This document shows, piece by piece, positions 46,978 through 54,467 of a stretch of 64,000 nt of DNA. Within the stretch, counting starts at the first letter, position 1. Each line of letters starts with the position of its first letter. Source of the stretch: a virus; the IMG/VR virus record IMGVR_UViG_3300030019_000030; one strand, written 5' to 3'. The position numbers and the translations under genes were made by a program. The notes below the pieces were generated by a model. That model did no database searches and had not been told where the DNA came from. It saw only the letters and a list, made by a program, of their open reading frames with translations.

Positions 46978-47615
46978 AATATCTAAAAGCATTTGAATCA
47001 GAAGTATCATCAGGTAATGCATCAGGAAAGGCTGGGGTTGGATCAATTCCATTTGGAAGAGGTTATATGCAATCAGGTGGAAACAATGGAGCCAGTGGCA
47101 TAGTATTCACTGCGGTTGGAGAACCATCTTATACTACATACAAAAGTATGAAGCATTCGAAAAAAGAATTGAAAGAGAAAAGAAGAAGATTGAAAATGTA
47201 TAAAAAATTCAAAAAAGATTCTATAATATCAGAGAGAATTGTTGAGATTGATCAAAGTTCATGGAATTGGGGATCAGAAACAAATGATGAAAATATAGGC
47301 AAATATGTTATAATGAATGAATTTGAAAAAGATGCATTTGCATCTACTAGAGAAAATAAAAAAGAATTAAATGATTTTGTTAAAAATAATAGTGGTAAAA
47401 TAGTAGCATCAAAAAAATCAGGAGTTGGTGTTACTTATATGATAAAGTATAATAATATACCTGAGTATTTAAAAAAATATTTTGTTAGTTTTAACTTTAC
47501 AAATGACGCAGAACATAAATATATGAGAGCAATAAAAAGACATAACACAATTGAATTCATAGGATCAAAAGAAGAATGTGAAATTAAAATATCAACAAAA
47601 AAATATAATTTATAA
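46974..47615 (+). CDS. Two-part protein: Gly-rich N-terminus + SH3/KOW-like domain, KYNL tail
   Basis: MKYLKAFES; NIGKYVIM...NNSGKIV...KYNNIP resembles 1067..1423; TKKYNL*. Confidence 0.8.
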   Translation: MKYLKAFESEVSSGNASGKAGVGSIPFGRGYMQSGGNNGASGIVFTAVGEPSYTTYKSMKHSKKELKEKRRRLKMYKKFKKDSIISERIVEIDQSSWNWGSETNDENIGKYVIMNEFEKDAFASTRENKKELNDFVKNNSGKIVASKKSGVGVTYMIKYNNIPEYLKKYFVSFNFTNDAEHKYMRAIKRHNTIEFIGSKEECEIKISTKKYNL

Positions 47616-48058
47616 TGATAATACATTTCAAGGAATTTATAACAGAAGGATTTTTAAATATATTCAATAAAAAAAAAGAATCTATTGAAAATGATAATGA
47701 GAAAATTCTCAGAATGATTTATGATAAAGAGCCAGAACTACAAAAGTATAAATTTGAAGTAGATTCTTGGAATAGAAGAGGAGATTTATTACCAAGAGAA
47801 AAAAGAAATGATGAAATAATAACCAACCTAAATGGAATTGATGTTATTTTTGATACAGTAACAAAAATTTACGAAATTTCTATTGCGCCTAGATACGATT
47901 TTGATTTTTCTCTTAGAATACTCAATTTAATTGATGAAAATTATGACACACTTTCTCATAATTTATACAAATCTAGTATATCAACAAAATCAATATTATT
48001 CACAGAAATGAGTGAAGAAAGAAAATTTGAATTAGACACAAAAAAATATAATCTATAA
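47615..48058 (+). CDS. Hypothetical protein, CTS-like leader + KYNL tail
   Basis: MIIHFKEFITEG; TKKYNL*. Confidence 0.8.
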   Translation: MIIHFKEFITEGFLNIFNKKKESIENDNEKILRMIYDKEPELQKYKFEVDSWNRRGDLLPREKRNDEIITNLNGIDVIFDTVTKIYEISIAPRYDFDFSLRILNLIDENYDTLSHNLYKSSISTKSILFTEMSEERKFELDTKKYNL

Positions 48059-48059
48059 G

Positions 48060-48452
48060 ATGAAAAAATTTGATGAATTTATAAAAGAAGATGCATTTGC
48101 AACTATGGGAAACACAGGAGGAATGGGTGCTATTGTAGCTGCTCAACCAGGAAGTATTCCAGGATCTCAAGGAACTACTGGTTCTGGTGATATTAGTCAG
48201 CCTCTTGCTACATATTCTAAACCCGTAGTAAATTTAAAAAGACATAAAAAATCTAAGAAAAATAAAATGAGAAAAGTAGAATCATTTGATATTTTCATGA
48301 AAGAAGAAAATGAGATAATAGACAATTTCACTGCAAGATATTATGATAATTATGATGATGAAGAAGAACCAAGTTATGAAGTAAATATTCAAGATATTGA
48401 AGAAAATAATATTAAAAAAATTCAAATGTACGAAAAAGATGAAAATAAATAA
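48060..48452 (+). CDS. Gly-rich hypothetical protein with T4-like CTS
   Basis: MKKFDEFIKED, then MGNTGGMGAIV...GSGD. Confidence 0.8.
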   Translation: MKKFDEFIKEDAFATMGNTGGMGAIVAAQPGSIPGSQGTTGSGDISQPLATYSKPVVNLKRHKKSKKNKMRKVESFDIFMKEENEIIDNFTARYYDNYDDEEEPSYEVNIQDIEENNIKKIQMYEKDENK

Positions 48453-48735
48453 ATTTAGCCAACTAAATGAATCTAATGAAATACCATATAATAAATCATT
48501 AGGATATGATATGTCAATGATAGATTATCTAGCCAAAAGTTTTCAATTATGGACAGATGCATAAGATTTATCACCAAAATCCGCTGATGAATATAGCATA
48601 GATGAATTAACAGATGTTCAGTATGATTATATAAAAAAATTCATAATTTTATGGGATTCAACTGAAGAATTTGAGAGAGATTATAATATAAATGGAATTA
48701 AATTAGAACAAAAAGCAAAAAAATTTAATATATAA
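48439..48735 (+). pseudogene. CTS/KFNI family gene interrupted by an in-frame TAA
   Basis: Read manually: MKINKFSQLNES...WTDA*DLSPK...EQKAKKFNI*; TAA at 48562-48564 and the frame continues to the family tail. Confidence 0.75.
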
Positions 48736-48746
48736 AATAAGAAATA

Positions 48747-49292
48747 ATGGATAGTATAAGATCAAAATATCAGAAATATGGAGTTAAAAATTTCTATGAA
48801 TGGAATTTTGATCAATATAATAATCCGCATGAGCCAATAATACAAAAATCAATAAAATTTGTAAATGATAATTGGAATATAAATTTCAACAAATCATTAG
48901 ATTTGGCTGCAGGTAAAGGAGAAATTTCTAAAACATTAATAAATCTTGGATATAAAAACATTGATGCTTGTGATGCATATTCATGTGATTACTACAAAAC
49001 AAACGACAACACAAAATGTGAAAAAATATCATTTGATGATATCATAAACGGTTCATTAGATAATAAAAAATATAATATCATAATTTGCAGTTTTGCACTA
49101 CACTTATTAGAGCAATCAAAATTACCAACATTTCTATATAAATTAACTCAAATTAGTAACCAATTACTAATATTATCACCTCACAAAAGACCAGAAATAA
49201 GAGAAGAATGGGGCTGGAAACTTCAAAATGAAATAGTTATAGAAAAAGTCAGAACTAGACTATTTGATAATATTTTTTCTAAACAATCTTAA
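48747..49292 (+). CDS. Class I SAM-dependent methyltransferase
   Basis: SLDLAAGKGEI motif I, IDACD, IICSFALH. Confidence 0.75.
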   Translation: MDSIRSKYQKYGVKNFYEWNFDQYNNPHEPIIQKSIKFVNDNWNINFNKSLDLAAGKGEISKTLINLGYKNIDACDAYSCDYYKTNDNTKCEKISFDDIINGSLDNKKYNIIICSFALHLLEQSKLPTFLYKLTQISNQLLILSPHKRPEIREEWGWKLQNEIVIEKVRTRLFDNIFSKQS

Positions 49293-49332
49293 TAATTTTT
49301 TATATAACATTATAAAATAAAATTATAAAATA

Positions 49333-50340
49333 ATGGACTATAAAAAGGATTATTATAAAGAATTAGGATTAAATAAAGATTCATCTGAGGAAGAAATAAA
49401 AAAGAAATATCGAAAGCTTGCAATAAAATATCATCCTGACAAAAATCAAGGAGATAAAGAAAGCGAGGAAAAATTCAAATCAGTATCAGAAGCTTACGAA
49501 GTATTATCTGATAATTCAAAAAAACAAGAATATGACACGCGTAGTCCAAATGGAAATTCATTTTCACAATTTGGTGGGCAAGAATCAAGTTTTTTTGGAG
49601 GAGGCATGAATTCTAGTTTTTTCAATCAATTCTTTGGTGGAAATAGTCCATTTGGAAATTTTTCCGGTAAAGAAGAATTTTCTGAAAACTTAGACATAAA
49701 CATAAATGTAGATATAGATTTTAAACAGATATATAAAAATGATAAAATTAAAGTAAAATACAACAAATTAATTAGTTGTGATGACTGCAAAGGTACTGGA
49801 TTTGATAAATCTGGACATTCAGATGATTGTGATGTATGTGATGGTACAGGAATAAATAATGGAAGAGATTGTGAGTACTGTCAAGGTACTGGAAAAATTC
49901 ATAGTGATAAATGCAAAAAATGTAATGGGGAAAAAGTAATATTAAAAGAAACTGAAATAGAATTACAAAACATATCGGAAATTAGATCCTCCAATAGAAA
50001 TTTGCAATATGGTTATGGTAGTCAATCAAAATACTATAAAGATAGAGTAGGAAGCTTAATTTTAAATATAAATATTATAAATAGAAGTAAATGCAGCATA
50101 ATAAATAATTATGATTTAATTTCAGAATTAGATATACATTTTCAAGATGCCATTGATGGAAGCAAAATATATTATACTCATGTTGATGATACTAAATTAG
50201 AAATTAAATTACCTAATAAAACCAAGGACAAAGATACAATAAAAATAAAAGAAAAAGGTTTATTAAGACAGAATGGCAAAAGAGCAGATTTATATCTGAA
50301 ATTAAATATTGTCATAGACTATGACAAATTAAATATATAA
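49333..50340 (+). CDS. dnaJ: DnaJ chaperone
   Basis: J domain with HPD, G/F-rich region, four CxxCxGx[GK] repeats, C-terminal domain. Confidence 0.92.
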   Translation: MDYKKDYYKELGLNKDSSEEEIKKKYRKLAIKYHPDKNQGDKESEEKFKSVSEAYEVLSDNSKKQEYDTRSPNGNSFSQFGGQESSFFGGGMNSSFFNQFFGGNSPFGNFSGKEEFSENLDININVDIDFKQIYKNDKIKVKYNKLISCDDCKGTGFDKSGHSDDCDVCDGTGINNGRDCEYCQGTGKIHSDKCKKCNGEKVILKETEIELQNISEIRSSNRNLQYGYGSQSKYYKDRVGSLILNINIINRSKCSIINNYDLISELDIHFQDAIDGSKIYYTHVDDTKLEIKLPNKTKDKDTIKIKEKGLLRQNGKRADLYLKLNIVIDYDKLNI

Positions 50341-50361
50341 TAAAAATAAAAATAAAATGAT

Positions 50362-50646
50362 ATGAAAAGAAACGATTTTGATGTTGCTGCAGGATTAATA
50401 TATAGAATTGATAAACTTGAAAAAACCATTTTCGAATTACAATCAATAACAAAGTGTGATAAATTTAAAATAACAGGACAAAGTTCTGATAAATTATTCA
50501 ACATAAGTGAAGTTGAACTAAATACAGGTGACATTTCAACTGAAGTATTCTCTCAAGATATTCTTGAATATTTCATAAATACACTAAATTTGGAATTAAA
50601 TGAATTAAGAGAAAATTTTGATAAATTATTTTCAAAGGAAGACTAA
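50362..50646 (+). CDS. Hypothetical protein
   Basis: ORF downstream of dnaJ. Confidence 0.6.
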   Translation: MKRNDFDVAAGLIYRIDKLEKTIFELQSITKCDKFKITGQSSDKLFNISEVELNTGDISTEVFSQDILEYFINTLNLELNELRENFDKLFSKED

Positions 50647-50666
50647 TAAATTTAAAATATTTATAT

Positions 50667-50702
50667 AAAAAGAAAGTCAATCATAAGATTGACTTTCTTT
50701 TT
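50667..50702. terminator. Bidirectional intrinsic terminator
   Basis: AAAAAGAAAGTCAATC-ATAA-GATTGACTTTCTTTTT. Confidence 0.85.
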
Positions 50703-51180
50703 CATTATCAAATATTTCTTGTAATTTAAGTTTACGTACAATTCTTTTAGATTCTGATAAAATTTCATCTTTTGATTTATAACAAATAATATTATTCAAA
50801 TCAATATACAATCTATCACTACATATTGAAGTTCTATAATATCTATACGTATCCATAGGAATATAGTCATCATAATATATAGGTCTGCGTATTAAATATT
50901 TAAGATCATTATCAAGTAAGTATTTAAAATTATGCTGTACCTTTTTTAATATTTCAGAATAAACATCATTCCAATTTTCACCAATTTTAGAATCCAAAAA
51001 ATCAGACAAAGGTTTATTGTCATAATGATGACAATGATAATTGTCTCCATATTTTTTCATTGATTCATGATAAGGTAAATCTGAAAACAAATCAATATCA
51101 TTATTTCTTTTTGTTTTAACATATTGATATTGTCGTCTTGAAAAATTAGATCTTCTATATAAAAATTTATTTTTAAGCAT
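50677..51180 (-). CDS. Hypothetical protein with RKxK motif
   Basis: PLSDFLDSKIGENWNDVYSEI; near the C-terminus VRKLKLQEI. Confidence 0.7.
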   Translation of the reverse strand: MLKNKFLYRRSNFSRRQYQYVKTKRNNDIDLFSDLPYHESMKKYGDNYHCHHYDNKPLSDFLDSKIGENWNDVYSEILKKVQHNFKYLLDNDLKYLIRRPIYYDDYIPMDTYRYYRTSICSDRLYIDLNNIICYKSKDEILSESKRIVRKLKLQEIFDNEKESQSYD

Positions 51181-51200
51181 AATTAGAAGTCATTAATTTT

Positions 51201-51647
51201 TTATGACTCCTTAATAAGATCTCTATATTTTGCAGCGGTTTCGTAATCTTCTACATTAACACAATCCAGCATTTTCTCATTAAGAATTCCTTGTTGTATT
51301 CCACGTATTTCAGGATCATCATATTTATAATTTTCTATCAAATCTTGAAATATATTAAAATATTTTTCTGTTTCACGAATAACATCTTCTTTTTTAAGAT
51401 TAGCAACTTTAAACATATCTATCATATCAATATGTTCATTTACCTTTTTCATTTTATTATAAACACCATAAGCATCTAGCATAAGCTCATCAATATGTAA
51501 AACATTAGAATCCACTAAAACACTATCTATTGATATAGATTTATCAAGCAACATTTGATGATTAAATTTTTTGTGCTCAAATAAATAAAATGTTTGAACC
51601 CAAAAAATAAGGGTTCTGATGTCGTTAACATTAATCTTTGTTTTCAT
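51201..51647 (-). CDS. Protein with C-terminal UVR (UvrB/C) coiled-coil motif
   Basis: MLDCVNVEDYETAAKYRDLI. Confidence 0.7.
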   Translation of the reverse strand: MKTKINVNDIRTLIFWVQTFYLFEHKKFNHQMLLDKSISIDSVLVDSNVLHIDELMLDAYGVYNKMKKVNEHIDMIDMFKVANLKKEDVIRETEKYFNIFQDLIENYKYDDPEIRGIQQGILNEKMLDCVNVEDYETAAKYRDLIKES

Positions 51648-51660
51648 AATTTCAATATAA

Positions 51661-52053
51661 TTATTTAAATTGTTTTATTTTTTCTTTTTCAATAATCTCA
51701 TCAATAATAATCAAATCACTAAGAGATAAACTATTAAGAATATTATTAAAATCATCTAAATTTAGTGATTTTATTTTTTCTATTAATTCTTCAATAAATG
51801 GAATTTTTTCTAATCGTTCAAGTTTATCCGCTCTTTCTTTTTTTATATCTGGACCTGGTTTCAATTTACCTGATTTGTATAAATCTATCAAATCTTTACT
51901 TTCTTTCAATCCTAATTTAGAATATTCTTTCATCATTTTAACAGACATAATATATTCAGTTCCTGAAATGTATGCTTCAAATTCAGATTTGTGATCAAAT
52001 AAAATTTTTGCGCCTAATATTAAATGATCTGCATTAATAATTACTGAATTCAT
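51661..52053 (-). CDS. Protein with ribosomal bL12 C-terminal-like motif
   Basis: IMSVKMMKEYSKLGLKESKDLID resembles the bL12 KI..IK.VR..TGLGLKEAKDLVE helix-turn-helix. Confidence 0.55.
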   Translation of the reverse strand: MNSVIINADHLILGAKILFDHKSEFEAYISGTEYIMSVKMMKEYSKLGLKESKDLIDLYKSGKLKPGPDIKKERADKLERLEKIPFIEELIEKIKSLNLDDFNNILNSLSLSDLIIIDEIIEKEKIKQFK

Positions 52054-52094
52054 AATGAAATATTTTATTTAAAATTATACATCTATTTATGCAG

Positions 52095-52125
52095 CAAAGA
52101 TAATACAATATTTTTAAATAACAAA
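52095..52125 (-). promoter_or_regulatory. Bacteroidota sigma70 promoter (-33/-7)
   Basis: Exact TTTG-N19-TATCTTTG on the minus strand. Confidence 0.8.
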
Positions 52126-52127
52126 AA

Positions 52128-52439
52128 CTAATTGAATATTTTTTTCAATTTCTTTTTTCTTAGCATTTTTATTCCACCAATAATCTCTACATTATCAAAC
52201 TTAAATTCTTCACGTTCATTTTTTTTAGAAACATACAAAGTACTATACATTACTAACAAAAAGTATTGTTCTTTGAAAAGTGGATGGTCTTTTTTTATTT
52301 TATTTTTCAATTGAAATGTTTTCAATTGAAATAAATATGTAATAAAAGCATCACTTTTTGAAGATAACTCAATAGGATTTTTATTTTTTATATGAAAATC
52401 AATATCCTTAATGAAATCATATAATTGATAATTTGACAT
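52128..52439 (-). CDS. Hypothetical protein with RKxK tail
   Basis: Ends LRKKKLKKIFN. Confidence 0.7.
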   Translation of the reverse strand: MSNYQLYDFIKDIDFHIKNKNPIELSSKSDAFITYLFQLKTFQLKNKIKKDHPLFKEQYFLLVMYSTLYVSKKNEREEFKFDNVEIIGGIKMLRKKKLKKIFN

Positions 52440-52444
52440 AATTT

Positions 52445-53647
52445 TTAATCTAAATAAATAGTAGGAACAGATGATAAATAATACAGATTTAAATTTTGAT
52501 TAATTAATATAGCATCTGATGGCTGATAGCCTAATTCTCCATCATTAAATACAACATCATTAAATAATCCACAAATAAACAATCCATTGTTAATTGTTCC
52601 TCCTGACCAAAATCCATTCCACCAAGTTCCATTATTGAATGTTCCATTTTCCCATATTCCTTCTAACCAAGTTCCATTATTAAATGTACCATTTAAATGA
52701 GTACCTCCATACCAAGTACCATTATTCCATGTTCCTCCTGACCAAATAGTTCTATTATGATTATCTGACAATGATGTTAAACCTGATTGAATATTCAATC
52801 CTGAATGAAATTCTCCTTGATAAAATATACCATCATGCCAAATAACAGAAGGGAAAGCCAATTCTGTTGTACCAGACACAGGCCATGAACCAAATCTACT
52901 TCTAACATTAATATCTGTTTGATTAAATTCACCATTCCACCAATGACTAGCAGAAGAGCCCAATGATTGAACAACTTCAGTATTACCAATAAAATCTCCT
53001 CCATTAAATTTTCCATTCCACCATTCATACCCTTGAAATGTTCCATTTAAAAATGTTCCATTAACCCACTCACTATTATAAAATATACCATCTTTAAATA
53101 TACTATCATTAACATAATAGCTCAACCAAACAGCATTTCTAAAAATACCATTATTAAATATACCAGTTTCCCATCTAGTATGATAATAAATAATCTCACT
53201 ATTTAACATTTGATCCCAAGTATCAACGTCTTTATCAGTACCTTGATCAATTCCTGGTCCGAAATATCCATTAAAAAATTCGCCTCTTCTCCAAATACCA
53301 CGTCTAAATTGTGAATATATTGGATTATTTTTTTCTATAATTCTTATATTTCTTTGTAATAATTGATTAGTATCAAAGCGATAAGAATAGAATTTTCCAT
53401 TTTTCCATTCACCATCTTCCCATATTCCAGAATACCAAGTACCATCTTCCCATTCTCCTGCTTTCCAAGTACCTGAATACCAAACCAATCCATAATCATC
53501 CTGTCCTATTATTGCATTCTCAATAATTGCATTTAATAACCAAATATATTTTCTTTTGATAATATCTGGTGTTAATCCATCAATCATAACACAATTTAAT
53601 AATGCATCAGAATAATTGGTTATATTATAAATTTTTGTTGTTGCCAT
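52445..53647 (-). CDS. W-x-x-G pentapeptide-repeat (beta-helix-like) protein
   Basis: Many W/F-x-N/D-G repeats, e.g. WYSGTWKAGEWEDGTWYSGIWEDGEWKNG. Confidence 0.75.
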   Translation of the reverse strand: MATTKIYNITNYSDALLNCVMIDGLTPDIIKRKYIWLLNAIIENAIIGQDDYGLVWYSGTWKAGEWEDGTWYSGIWEDGEWKNGKFYSYRFDTNQLLQRNIRIIEKNNPIYSQFRRGIWRRGEFFNGYFGPGIDQGTDKDVDTWDQMLNSEIIYYHTRWETGIFNNGIFRNAVWLSYYVNDSIFKDGIFYNSEWVNGTFLNGTFQGYEWWNGKFNGGDFIGNTEVVQSLGSSASHWWNGEFNQTDINVRSRFGSWPVSGTTELAFPSVIWHDGIFYQGEFHSGLNIQSGLTSLSDNHNRTIWSGGTWNNGTWYGGTHLNGTFNNGTWLEGIWENGTFNNGTWWNGFWSGGTINNGLFICGLFNDVVFNDGELGYQPSDAILINQNLNLYYLSSVPTIYLD

Positions 53648-53732
53648 ATTAACCTATATATAAAAAAACTTCATTTAAAATAAAACATATAAAAAAATAA
53701 TGACTAAAAAATAAAAATTAAATTGAATTAAT

Positions 53733-54089
53733 ATGGATATGAAAAAAACAATATTTCTTGATATTGATGGTACATTATTTAAACACAAAGGTAATTTATC
53801 AAATATACTATTTGAAGAGTCTGAAATTTTACCAGGAGTTATTGAAAAAATAAATAAATGGAATTCAGATGGACACAAAATAATATTAACTACTGGAAGA
53901 ACAGAATCTATGAGAAAAAGAACAGATGAACAATTACAAAAAAATGGAATATTTTATGATCAATTAATAATGGGATTAACAAGAGGAGAAAGAATAATTA
54001 TAAATGACAAGAAGCCAGACAATGACATGATTACTGCATCTGCTGTTGAAATAAATAGAAATGTAGGCTTAATAAATATTAATATTTGA
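53733..54089 (+). CDS. HAD-superfamily phosphatase-like protein
   Basis: IFLDIDGTL, ILTTGR, IINDK. Confidence 0.75.
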   Translation: MDMKKTIFLDIDGTLFKHKGNLSNILFEESEILPGVIEKINKWNSDGHKIILTTGRTESMRKRTDEQLQKNGIFYDQLIMGLTRGERIIINDKKPDNDMITASAVEINRNVGLININI

Positions 54090-54145
54090 TTTATATCAAT
54101 GTAATTAAAATATTTTATATTACATTTACAAAAAATTAATGAATT

Positions 54146-54430
54146 ATGAAATTTTTTAGTATATTCAAAAAGAAAAAAGAAGAAGATAAAAAAGAAAAAA
54201 AGAAAAAATTCATACTTGATGACTCATCAAATATTGAAAAATTCAATTATTGGTTTTGTCATGAATATGAAGGTTATGACGGAAGAAAAGGTGCAATTGG
54301 AATATTCAAAAGACTAGATAAACTATCACCTAACATGATAGAAGATTGGTTTAAACATTTGAATGTTTATTATGAATTCACAGATATATCCAGAATGATA
54401 GATTTAATTAGATTAAATTGGAGAAATTAA
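54146..54430 (+). CDS. Hypothetical protein
   Basis: ORF followed by a terminator. Confidence 0.6.
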   Translation: MKFFSIFKKKKEEDKKEKKKKFILDDSSNIEKFNYWFCHEYEGYDGRKGAIGIFKRLDKLSPNMIEDWFKHLNVYYEFTDISRMIDLIRLNWRN

Positions 54431-54466
54431 AATAAAACCAAAACTTAATTGTTTTGGTTTTATTTT
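54429..54466. terminator. Bidirectional intrinsic terminator
   Basis: AAAATAAAACCAAAAC-TTAATT-GTTTTGGTTTTATTTT. Confidence 0.8.
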
Positions 54467-54467
54467 A

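Noticed and set aside
52306-52332. TTTCAATTGAAAT twice inside 52128..52439
   Set aside because: Coding (FQLK..FQLK) and lacks the GTGA/TCAC arms of the palindrome family; likely coincidence in AT-rich DNA.
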